A DNA stretch of 33,221 bases from Bacteroidales bacterium (GTDB taxonomy: Bacteria; Bacteroidota; Bacteroidia; Bacteroidales; UBA10428), in the NCBI GenBank assembly GCA_020354785.1, contig CP070654.1:2534654-2567874 (forward strand), in the 5' to 3' direction. Position numbers and translations under genes: made by a program. This document shows positions 9,389 to 17,468 of this stretch, one piece after another; positions within the stretch are counted from its first letter, which is position 1, and each line of letters begins with the position of its first letter. Below the pieces are notes generated by a model. It saw only the letters and a list, made by a program, of their open reading frames with translations. It was not told where the DNA came from and ran no database searches.

Positions 9389-10609
9389 ATGGATAAATTG
9401 TATAATTTAAAATCAAACAGGATTAAATTTATAGTTCATGGATTCTTCATTTCTTCGGGGATGCACGTTGCTGAACCTTCCACTATCTTACCTTTGATTG
9501 TCTCATATTTCAGCCAGAGCAACATTTTGCTGGGATTCTTTTCGTCTTTGATAAGAGGAGGGGCAGTTATTATGCAGCTTTATACGGCATTTTTTGCCCA
9601 GGCATACAGCAGAGTTATGAAGCCCCTGAGAATTATCTTTTTTTTCCGGTTTATATCATGGTTTGGAATTGGAATATCAATCTTTTATTTCGGCGAGTTA
9701 AGCAGTACACTTGCCTTATGGTTTATAGGACTGGGATTGTTTGCCTTCTCATTTTGTGCAGGTTTAGGGACAATATACTTTCATGAATTACTAGGTAAAA
9801 TATTTTCTAATGACTACAGAGGCGTAACCTGGGCTTATCGCCAGATTTTTATGGGGCTGGGTGGAGTTGTAAGCGGTGTATTTGCTGCATGGCTTCTAAA
9901 CAGGTTTGAAGAGCCAAGAAGTTTTGCACTGGTTTTTATGATTAGTTCAGGTTTTATGGTAATAGGTTATTTGTTTCTGGGCACTGTGAAGGAATTCCCA
10001 AAGAAAAAAATTCAAAAGAAGGAAGATAAGTTTTCGACTTTTCTTGTAAATACATTCCGAACATTAAAGCATGAAAAAGATCTCAAATCACAGATTACAG
10101 TTCGCTTAATATCATATTCATATTTGTTTGTACTGCCATTTATAGTAAAATATGCTGATATAGACATTAATCTTGGAGGGCTGGCGTTGGGTTCAGCAGT
10201 ACCACTGCTTGGAGGTTCAATGCTGGGGAATATACTATGGGCAAAATATGCTTCGATTGGTTCAAATAGAAAAATCATATCAGCTTCCTTTATAATGATT
10301 ATCATAAGCCTGTTTATAGCTTTCTTTGCCAGTAATATTTATTTATTCATTCTGATATTCTTACTGGCAGGAAGTGCTTCAGACGGTTTTAAGCTTGCCT
10401 TTAACAACCTTGTTTTAAGTATAGCCCCTGAAGAAAAAAGACCGGTTTATTTTGCCATACAGAATAACCTGACTTCTCTTGGCCTGTTTTTTTCTATTCC
10501 CGGGGGTATAATTCTGAACTTAATAGGTTATAAAGCATTAATTGCTATGACATTGCTAATCTTAATATTCGGATTATACTTGGGCTTTAAACTGAAGGAC
10601 GCCAAGTGA
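9389..10609 (+). CDS. MFS-type transporter
   Basis: There are roughly 12 hydrophobic segments in two halves, separated by a charged loop (KEFPKKKIQKKEDKF). I chose the ATG at 9389 rather than the TTG at 9362. Confidence 0.7.
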   Translation: MDKLYNLKSNRIKFIVHGFFISSGMHVAEPSTILPLIVSYFSQSNILLGFFSSLIRGGAVIMQLYTAFFAQAYSRVMKPLRIIFFFRFISWFGIGISIFYFGELSSTLALWFIGLGLFAFSFCAGLGTIYFHELLGKIFSNDYRGVTWAYRQIFMGLGGVVSGVFAAWLLNRFEEPRSFALVFMISSGFMVIGYLFLGTVKEFPKKKIQKKEDKFSTFLVNTFRTLKHEKDLKSQITVRLISYSYLFVLPFIVKYADIDINLGGLALGSAVPLLGGSMLGNILWAKYASIGSNRKIISASFIMIIISLFIAFFASNIYLFILIFLLAGSASDGFKLAFNNLVLSIAPEEKRPVYFAIQNNLTSLGLFFSIPGGIILNLIGYKALIAMTLLILIFGLYLGFKLKDAK

Positions 10610-10610
10610 T

Positions 10611-10826
10611 TTAAGATTAACGATGTACGATTAACGATTTAAGATTTGGGAAAGGGTAATACAGGAATATGGGAAATACAGGAATATGGGTAATACAGGA
10701 ATATGGGAAATACAGGAATATGGGAAATACAGGAATATGGGAGTAGGGGAAATATTGGGAATATGGGAAATACAGGAATATGGGAAATAAGGATTTAAGA
10801 TTAACGATTTATGATTAACGATTTTT
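10611..10826. repeat. Composite intergenic repeat: TAAGATTAACGAT units flanking about 8 tandem 17-bp GGGAAATACAGGAATAT units
   Basis: 17-bp units start at 10654, 10671, 10688, 10705, 10722 and 10765, with a degenerate stretch at 10739-10764. They are bracketed by ttaagattaacgatgtacgattaacgatttaagatt (10611-10646) and tttaagattaacgatttatgattaacgatt (10793-10822). Confidence 0.9.
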
Positions 10827-11039
10827 GATGGAAGGATTAAGCCGAAAGATATTAGGTTTTGGAGGGGCAGGTTCTTTTGTCCGGGTAATTGGCCTTAAAA
10901 AAATTTGGGTAACAAATCTTTGTGAAGGCTCGTCGCGAAGGACCTTAAGCATTGCGCAAGTGAAACGATTAGCAATGCGGCAAGAAGAGCCGAACAACTA
11001 GTCCCGATTATAGATTTTGTTGGATTTGTTTTACAAATC

Positions 11040-11082
11040 CTTACAAATCTTATATCGGGGTTTTTGTAAGCCTTGATTTTTT
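11040..11082 (+). terminator. Hairpin plus T-run (plus-strand intrinsic terminator-like)
   Basis: CTTACAAA (11040-11047) pairs with TTTGTAAG (11063-11070). It is followed by ccttgaTTTTTT (T-run 11077-11082). Confidence 0.45.
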
Positions 11083-11083
11083 G

Positions 11084-11109
11084 GTTCTTTTGTATCAAGA
11101 CAAAAGAAC
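11084..11109 (-). terminator. Hairpin 15 nt downstream of the proS stop (candidate proS terminator, no U-tract)
   Basis: A perfect 9-bp stem GTTCTTTTG / CAAAAGAAC has an 8-nt loop. Confidence 0.45.
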
Positions 11110-11124
11110 AACAGAACAGTAAAA

Positions 11125-12600
11125 TCAATATGCTTTTGCAAACAATACTCTCTGCTTTGAAGGTTTACCTGTAAGAATACATTTTCCTTCCTCCTGTTCA
11201 CTGTCTAATAGTATGCATCTTATTGTTGCCATTGTTTCGTCTTTAATCCTTAATTCGGTCTTTTCCGTCCCATCCCAGTGTGCCAGTATAAAACCTCCTT
11301 TATCTTCCATTATGTGCTTAAACTCTTCATAGTCGTCAGTTCTGTATGTATTTTTTTCTCTAAAGTCTAATGCCTTCTTGAAAATATTAGCCTGCATCTC
11401 ATCCAGGAGTTTAGCAACTACTTTCTCTATGCCTTCCTGCGGATAAGTTTGCTTTTGCAGAGTATCTCTTCTTGCAAGTTCAACTGTATTATTATCTATA
11501 TCATTTGGCCCTATTGCCAATCTAACCGGAATTCCTTTTAACTCATACTCTGCAAACTTCCAGCCGGGTTTATGTGTGTCGCGGTTATCGTATTTTACAG
11601 TAAGACCTTTATCTGATAACAATTTCTTAATCTTCTCAGCTTTTTCAGAAATTACTGATAATTGATCATTATTCTTATAAATAGGAATAATAACAACATG
11701 TACCGGTGCAAGTTCAGGAGGCAATACCAGTCCGTGCTCATCCGAATGTGCCATAACCAGTGCACCTATCAGACGGGTAGATACACCCCAGGATGTGGCC
11801 CATACATGCTCCAGTTTGCCATTTTTATCAGTAAAAGTAACATCAAATGCTTTGGCAAAATTCTGTCCGAGGAAATGTGAGGTTCCTGATTGCAGGGCCT
11901 TGCCATCCTGCATTAATGCTTCAATAGCATAGGTATCAACTGCTCCAGCAAACCGTTCATTTTCAGTTTTAACACCTTTCATTACAGGCATAGCCATATA
12001 ATTCTGTGCAAAATCAGCATATACATCAAGTATCTTAAATGTTTCTTCAATAGCTTCATCTCTGGTTGCATGGGCAGTATGACCTTCCTGCCATAAAAAT
12101 TCCGTGGTCCTTAAAAACAGGCGTGTACGCATCTCCCATCTTACAATGTTGGCCCATTGATTTATCAGGATAGGTAAATCCCTGTATGATTGAATCCAGT
12201 TCCTGTATGTATTCCAGATTATTGTTTCTGATGTTGGTCTGATAATAAGTTCTTCCTCAAGTTCAGCATCTTTATCAATAACTACACCTGAACCATCTTC
12301 AGCATTTTTTAACCGGTAATGAGTTACAACTGCACACTCCTTTGCAAATCCTTCAACATGTTTTGCTTCCTTGCTAAAAAATGATTTTGGAATAAACAGG
12401 GGAAAATATGCATTAGTATGCCCTGTATCCTTAAACATCTTATCGAGAGCGGCCTGCATCTTTTCCCATATTGAATATCCGTAAGGTTTAATTACCATGC
12501 ATCCTCTAACAGACGAAGGTTCCGCCAGGTCGGCCTTAACAACCAGATCGTTGTACCATTGTGAATAATTCTCTTCCTTATTCGTAACTTCTTTAGCCAT
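11125..12600 (-). CDS. proS: Proline--tRNA ligase (archaeal/eukaryote-like type, as is typical of Bacteroidota)
   Basis: The full 491-aa sequence has class II aaRS motifs and the ProRS N-terminus [17 protein letters not shown]. It also has RPTSETIIW and [16 protein letters not shown], and ends in AKAY. Confidence 0.95.
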   Translation of the reverse strand: MAKEVTNKEENYSQWYNDLVVKADLAEPSSVRGCMVIKPYGYSIWEKMQAALDKMFKDTGHTNAYFPLFIPKSFFSKEAKHVEGFAKECAVVTHYRLKNAEDGSGVVIDKDAELEEELIIRPTSETIIWNTYRNWIQSYRDLPILINQWANIVRWEMRTRLFLRTTEFLWQEGHTAHATRDEAIEETFKILDVYADFAQNYMAMPVMKGVKTENERFAGAVDTYAIEALMQDGKALQSGTSHFLGQNFAKAFDVTFTDKNGKLEHVWATSWGVSTRLIGALVMAHSDEHGLVLPPELAPVHVVIIPIYKNNDQLSVISEKAEKIKKLLSDKGLTVKYDNRDTHKPGWKFAEYELKGIPVRLAIGPNDIDNNTVELARRDTLQKQTYPQEGIEKVVAKLLDEMQANIFKKALDFREKNTYRTDDYEEFKHIMEDKGGFILAHWDGTEKTELRIKDETMATIRCILLDSEQEEGKCILTGKPSKQRVLFAKAY

Positions 12601-12709
12601 AATTATGTTTTGGTATGATATTTGATACTTGTTTTAAAAATTAATTCTGATGCAAAATAAAAAAATAAAATCATATATTCACACAATAAAAATTAGAAGG
12701 AGGAGAACC

Positions 12710-14242
12710 ATGAAAACAATTATACACATATTCGGAATTTTCGGACTTGTTTTAGGTTCCTGCACAGTTAGTTTTCAGGCAGCAGCACAGTATGATGACA
12801 TTTATTATAATCCCAAGGATGATCCGGCTGTGACAAAGAAAAAAGAAGTTGTTAAAGAAAAAGAAAATGAAAGAGAGATGAGCGATTATGAAAAATATAT
12901 TGCAACATTGGAGAAACAACAGGAAGATTCTTTAAAATATGCTTATGACAGCCTTGAATATGAAGAAGATCAGGATTATATTGATCAGGAATACTATGAG
13001 GAAGACGGAGATACTTATATAAGTAATAATTATTATTATGATGATGATTACTATTATACTTCAAGAATAAGAAGGTTTCACAGGCCATTTTATTATTTTA
13101 ATTATTATGATCCCTGGTACTACGATCCTTACGGCTATGGCTACTACTACGACCCATATGGATGGGACTGGGGTTTAGGATTTTCATATGGCTATCCCGG
13201 ATGGGGCCTTAGCTTTTCATACGGTTATCCGCATTATTATTCATCATGGTACTCTCCGTGGTATCATCATTCATATTGGAGAAGGCCATGGCACAGACAT
13301 CATTATGGATATTACGGCGGATATTACAGCCATTACTACGGAGATCATTACGGATATTATTATAATGACTATTACAGACCGCACAGAAGGACATATTTTG
13401 GAAGAAGTCATTCAGTATCAGGAAATAACAGGTCAAGAGGGTCTGTATCAAATCCAAGGGTTGCTACACAGCAGGGAATCTCACGTAACATAAAATCAAC
13501 AAAATCCGGTTCTGTCAATGGAAGGAGAGTTGACTATCAGTCAACAAGAACCGGTGTTACTCGTTCTGATTATTCAAGAGGAACAGGCAGGGCAACTGAT
13601 AAGAGTACAGGAGGAACATCTGTTACAACAAGACCTGCAACTGATCGCAGAAGCTCAGCAACCAGGTCAACTACACCATCGACACGTCCTACAGGTAGAA
13701 GCAACTATTCTTCAAGTTATACACGGCCGTCAACAGTAACAAAGCCTACCTATAACAGTAGACCAGCTTCTTCAAGATACACAAGACCCGGAAGCACGTC
13801 CGGTTCAAGGAGTGGATCAAGTTACTCCAGACCCGGTACTCCTTCGCGCAGTAGCTCAAGCTATTCAAGGCCAAGTTCCAGCTCAAAGAGCAGCTCAAGT
13901 TATTCAAGGCCAAGTTCCAGCTCAAAGAGCAGCTCAAGTTATTCAAGGCCAAGTTCAGGCTCAAGAAGCCGCCCGAGTTATTCGCGGCCAAGTTCCGGAT
14001 CAAGAAGCAGCTCAAGTTATTCAAGGCCAAGTTCAGGTTCAAGGAGCAGCTCAAGTTACTCACGGCCAAGTTCAGGCTCAAGAAGCAGCTCAAGTTATTC
14101 AAGGCCAAGTTCAGGCTCAAGGAGCAGCTCAAGTTACTCAAGATCAAGTTCTCCTTCCCGTAGCAGTTCATCATCAGGAAGGTCAAGCAGCCCCAGCAGA
14201 TCATCCAGCGGAAGCTCAAGATCCAGCAGCGGCAGGAGATAA
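12710..14242 (+). CDS. Secreted or lipid-anchored low-complexity protein of unknown function, with acidic, Tyr/Gly/Trp/His-rich and Ser/Arg tandem-repeat regions
   Basis: The ATG at 12710 gives MKTIIHIFGIFGLVLGSCTV, a signal peptide with a lipobox. An E/D/Y-rich block follows, then the motif SRIRRFHRPFYYFNYYDPWYYDPYGYGYYYDPYGWDWG, then a His/Tyr/Gly block. The C-terminus is about 200 aa of an SSSYSRPSSGSRS array. AGGAGG lies 6 nt upstream of the start. Confidence 0.8.
   Translation: MKTIIHIFGIFGLVLGSCTVSFQAAAQYDDIYYNPKDDPAVTKKKEVVKEKENEREMSDYEKYIATLEKQQEDSLKYAYDSLEYEEDQDYIDQEYYEEDGDTYISNNYYYDDDYYYTSRIRRFHRPFYYFNYYDPWYYDPYGYGYYYDPYGWDWGLGFSYGYPGWGLSFSYGYPHYYSSWYSPWYHHSYWRRPWHRHHYGYYGGYYSHYYGDHYGYYYNDYYRPHRRTYFGRSHSVSGNNRSRGSVSNPRVATQQGISRNIKSTKSGSVNGRRVDYQSTRTGVTRSDYSRGTGRATDKSTGGTSVTTRPATDRRSSATRSTTPSTRPTGRSNYSSSYTRPSTVTKPTYNSRPASSRYTRPGSTSGSRSGSSYSRPGTPSRSSSSYSRPSSSSKSSSSYSRPSSSSKSSSSYSRPSSGSRSRPSYSRPSSGSRSSSSYSRPSSGSRSSSSYSRPSSGSRSSSSYSRPSSGSRSSSSYSRSSSPSRSSSSSGRSSSPSRSSSGSSRSSSGRR
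13814..14164 (+). repeat. In-frame 39-bp tandem repeat, about 9 copies, encoding SSSYSRPSS(G/S)S(R/K)S
   Basis: Units start at 13853, 13892, 13931, 13970, 14009, 14048, 14087 and 14126, with a degenerate copy at 13814. The consensus is agctcaagttattcaaggccaagttcaggctcaagaagc. Confidence 0.9.
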
Positions 14243-14302
14243 GAAAAATCTTACATACTTTCATTTATTGAAACATTTGTCAAACACTTAAAAAAAGGCA
14301 CA

Positions 14303-15778
14303 ATGAAAAGGATTACTTTAATATATATGATAATACTTTCCTCGGCAATCATTAAAGGACAGGGATTTGAAGAGGCACTTAAGTTCTCACAGAATTTTGC
14401 AGGAGGAACAGCCAGGTTTACATCAATGGGAGGCGCTTTTGGTGCACTTGGCGGAGACATTTCAGTTTTAAGTACAAACCCGGCTGGAATAGCAGTATAT
14501 CAAAAGGGAGCTTTTACTTTCACACCGGCTTATAATAAAAATCTTGCTAAAACAAGATATTTTGGAACAGACCGGGATGAGTTTAATTTAAACTTAAGTA
14601 TAGATAATATAGGCCTGGTAACAACAATAAAATCAAAAAACAAACAACTGGTAAATATAAACTTCGGTTTCGGCTATAACAGGCTGGCAGATTTCAATTC
14701 GAACCAGATTTTTGAAGGAATAAATTCCGGGGAAGGCACAAATCCTGCAAGTTCACTGGTTGATTATTTCCTGCATCAGGCATGGGGAAATCATCCTGAT
14801 GATTTAGACCCCTATGTGGAAGGACTGGCATATGATGGATATGTAATAGACTTGGATACCAATGCGTTACCAGAATTCGAATATTATACGGATATGCCAC
14901 CTCCCGGTCAAACTTACCAGAAAAGGATTATTGAAACCAGTGGGAGGATTAACGAATGGGCCTTTGCATTAGGTGCAAATTATGCACATAAATTATACTT
15001 TGGAGCAACACTGGGAATCCAGTCTTTGCACTATGAAAAGATTTCTAATCATAGGGAATCAGACAATGCTAATGATGAACTTTTGTTTGATTACTACAGA
15101 TTTAATGCTTACAGAGGGACAGGTTACAATTTAAAGCTGGGATTTATATACAAACCAATACAATTAATAAGGATCGGAGGAGCAATTCATACTCCTACTA
15201 TACTTCGTTTTGAACATGAATATGATGCTAAAATATACTCGATTTTTTCCAATCCTTCTAATCTCTATCCGTCAGATGAGAGCGGAAACTATTATGATAT
15301 AGGATTTTATGATTATAAAATGGTTACTCCGCTCAAAGCTATTGCAAGTATTGGCCTTCAGTTTAAAAAACTACTATTATTAAGTTTTGATTATGAATAC
15401 ATTGATTATTCACAGATTCGTTACCGTGAAGATGCTGATCTTAATGAAATGGATGAGGTTAATACCGCACTTTCAGATTATTTAAAACCGGCAGGCAACA
15501 TTAAAACAGGGGCCGAACTCAGATTAGGCGACTTTTCAATAAGAGGAGGATTTATACATTACGGCACTCCTTACGGCAAAAATGATTTTAATAAGGATGC
15601 TAAATACTATTCTATCTCATCCGGAGTTGGATTACGTGTAAATTCTTTCTTCTTTGATGTATCATACATATATTCTGTAAGAGAAGAACTAATCAGAGCA
15701 TATGATCATTTCTACAGTCCTGTGGATGCAGATTACAGAATTTCAAAAATAGCGGCCACAATTGGTTTCAGGTTCTAA
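14303..15778 (+). CDS. Outer-membrane beta-barrel protein, FadL/PorV-like
   Basis: A signal peptide is followed by the N-terminal motif GGTARFTSMGGAFGALGGDISVLSTNPAGIAVY, which I recall as typical of FadL/PorV-type Bacteroidota barrels. The sequence has alternating aromatic strands and ends in a C-terminal Phe (IGFRF). Confidence 0.6.
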   Translation: MKRITLIYMIILSSAIIKGQGFEEALKFSQNFAGGTARFTSMGGAFGALGGDISVLSTNPAGIAVYQKGAFTFTPAYNKNLAKTRYFGTDRDEFNLNLSIDNIGLVTTIKSKNKQLVNINFGFGYNRLADFNSNQIFEGINSGEGTNPASSLVDYFLHQAWGNHPDDLDPYVEGLAYDGYVIDLDTNALPEFEYYTDMPPPGQTYQKRIIETSGRINEWAFALGANYAHKLYFGATLGIQSLHYEKISNHRESDNANDELLFDYYRFNAYRGTGYNLKLGFIYKPIQLIRIGGAIHTPTILRFEHEYDAKIYSIFSNPSNLYPSDESGNYYDIGFYDYKMVTPLKAIASIGLQFKKLLLLSFDYEYIDYSQIRYREDADLNEMDEVNTALSDYLKPAGNIKTGAELRLGDFSIRGGFIHYGTPYGKNDFNKDAKYYSISSGVGLRVNSFFFDVSYIYSVREELIRAYDHFYSPVDADYRISKIAATIGFRF

Positions 15779-15803
15779 TGCTTATAAGATAACAATGATT
15801 CCA

Positions 15804-15831
15804 GGGCAGTTATTTTTAACTGCCCTTTTTT
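15804..15831 (+). terminator. Intrinsic terminator after the barrel gene
   Basis: GGGCAGTTA (15804-15812) and TAACTGCCC (15817-15825) form a perfect 9-bp stem with a 4-nt loop. A T6 run follows. Confidence 0.75.
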
Positions 15832-16489
15832 ATTTTACACATCTTCTCAAAATTTCTCTGGCATACGGTCCTTCATTAAAAAGTAAATCGATGATACTTA
15901 AATTAGGCAGAAAGCCATACTTTTCAATAAATACCTGGTTGTATTTACAGGGTACAAACCTGTTGTCTTTTTCTGCCAGTCTTTTCTTCGGATTAATGCC
16001 CTGTCTTAAATCCATAGCATGTTCGTATTTCTTGTGAAATGTATCTGTAAGGTTTATTTCAACATCAATCTCAAGAAAACCAAGTATTATTAACAGTATT
16101 TTCTGATTGAAATCCAGAAGTGTTTTTTCCTTATTACTGTAGAAGCTGCGCAAATCATCCTCATAAAAGTCAAAGAAAGGTGATGACCTGTAGGCTGACA
16201 CTATTGAGTTCCAGTGAATTCTCTGCCAGTCAGTATCATAATCAATTAATATATCTTGTGTTTTTGTATTGTTACTATTTACCTTCTTTACAGGGATAAC
16301 CATAGACATCCTGCCGTTTGTTCCGTATATATAACAACGGTTTCTGTATGATTGCTTTAAATAAGTTTCGTGCTGTTCAATAAGTATTCCTGAATAAAGA
16401 ATAAACTTTGTAAAATATTGTACCGGCCCAAGGTAGGCAGTTGAAAGAATAGCATTATCATATCCGTATTCATATGTTTTAATGCCCAT
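15830..16489 (-). CDS. WbqC-family protein
   Basis: The block YLGPVQYFTKF...IEQHETYLKQSYRNRCYIYGTNGRMSMVIPV matches the WbqC-like family pattern as I recall it. Confidence 0.7.
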   Translation of the reverse strand: MGIKTYEYGYDNAILSTAYLGPVQYFTKFILYSGILIEQHETYLKQSYRNRCYIYGTNGRMSMVIPVKKVNSNNTKTQDILIDYDTDWQRIHWNSIVSAYRSSPFFDFYEDDLRSFYSNKEKTLLDFNQKILLIILGFLEIDVEINLTDTFHKKYEHAMDLRQGINPKKRLAEKDNRFVPCKYNQVFIEKYGFLPNLSIIDLLFNEGPYAREILRRCVK

Positions 16490-16512
16490 TTATAACATTT
16501 TTTTAATATAAT

Positions 16513-17454
16513 CTAACCATTATACAACCTCCCCTGCCATGTATTCCTTTCTTCGAGCTTTTTTTCAAATTTTTCTAAAACCTGGTCATAGCGCAATCCC
16601 CATTTAATTCCCATGTTATACTCCGGAGGTACTTCACCTGCAATTCTTTCTACAATAAATGCCGGATTCAGCAATTCAACATAACCGACCATGAAATCAA
16701 GATATTCATTAATATCAAAGATATTAAACTCACCAGGATTCCTTTTATATTCTTCAGCAATTGCTGTATCCTTAACTATTTGTAACTGGTGAAACTTGAT
16801 ATTGCTCAGCGGTAACTTCGAGATTATCTTTGCCGAATTCAGCATTTCCTCTCTTGACTCACCCGGCAGTCCGAAAATCATATGAGCTCCGGTACGTATA
16901 CCCATGGCTACTGTGTCATTTATGGCCTTAACCGTCTCTTCAAATGTGTGCCCCCGGTTTATTCTTTTCAGGGTATTGTTATTACATGATTCAATACCAT
17001 ATTCAACTACTATATAGAAATTCTCAGACAGCACTTTGAAGTATTTAAGCTTCTCATTATCAACACAATCAGGTCTTGTGCCAATTACCAGTCCTACTAC
17101 TCTGTCATTATTCAGGGCCTGGTTATAAATTTCTTTTAATTGCCTCAGCGGTTTATATGTATTTGAATAAGCCTGGAAATACGCCAGGTACTTATTTGCG
17201 GTTTTATACCTTGTTTCATGAAATTGTATGCCTTCAAGTATCTGTTGCCTGATCGATTTTTCAGCTTTGCAGTATGAAGGATTAAAAGCATCATTATTAC
17301 AGAAGGTACATCCTCCGGTTCCTTTTGTGCCGTCCCGGTTTGGACAGGTAAATCCTGCATCTATAGAAACCTTTTGTACACGACATCCGAATTGCTTTCT
17401 TAGGTAATTCGTATAAGCATTAAATCTGCGGTTATGCCCCCATGGAAATATCAT
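16513..17454 (-). CDS. TIGR01212-family radical SAM protein
   Basis: IDAGFTCPNRDGTKGTGGCTFCN is the characteristic Cys motif of this family. A downstream TIM-barrel-like region contains GIESCNNNTLKRINRGH. Confidence 0.85.
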   Translation of the reverse strand: MIFPWGHNRRFNAYTNYLRKQFGCRVQKVSIDAGFTCPNRDGTKGTGGCTFCNNDAFNPSYCKAEKSIRQQILEGIQFHETRYKTANKYLAYFQAYSNTYKPLRQLKEIYNQALNNDRVVGLVIGTRPDCVDNEKLKYFKVLSENFYIVVEYGIESCNNNTLKRINRGHTFEETVKAINDTVAMGIRTGAHMIFGLPGESREEMLNSAKIISKLPLSNIKFHQLQIVKDTAIAEEYKRNPGEFNIFDINEYLDFMVGYVELLNPAFIVERIAGEVPPEYNMGIKWGLRYDQVLEKFEKKLEERNTWQGRLYNG

Positions 17455-17468
17455 ATTACTTCTTTTTG

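Noticed and set aside
10654-10793. Possible CRISPR array, given the regular short repeats
   Set aside because: The units are contiguous 17-bp tandem copies with no unique spacers, and no cas genes are nearby. The period is far below the CRISPR repeat-plus-spacer length.
10870-11093. An 11-bp direct repeat GGTTCTTTTGT at 10870-10880 and 11083-11093, considered as target-site duplication of a MITE-like insert
   Set aside because: I could not find terminal inverted repeats at the inner boundaries. The second copy is simply one arm of the proS-proximal hairpin. Chance or structural convergence is at least as likely.
10815-11128. ORFs 10815..10997 (60 aa) and 10895..11128 (77 aa), minus strand
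   Set aside because: They have odd composition and no recognisable motifs, and they overlap each other. They lie in a hairpin-dense non-coding block, so they are more likely non-coding or structured RNA.
13746-14291. Long ORFs on the minus strand (13746..14264, 172 aa) and in another plus frame (13812..14291, 159 aa) overlapping the Ser/Arg repeat
   Set aside because: They are frame shadows of the 39-bp tandem repeat. They are themselves perfectly periodic (LNLALNNLSC..., VIQGQVPAQRAAQ...) and lack independent start context. The 12710..14242 frame has the signal peptide and continuity.
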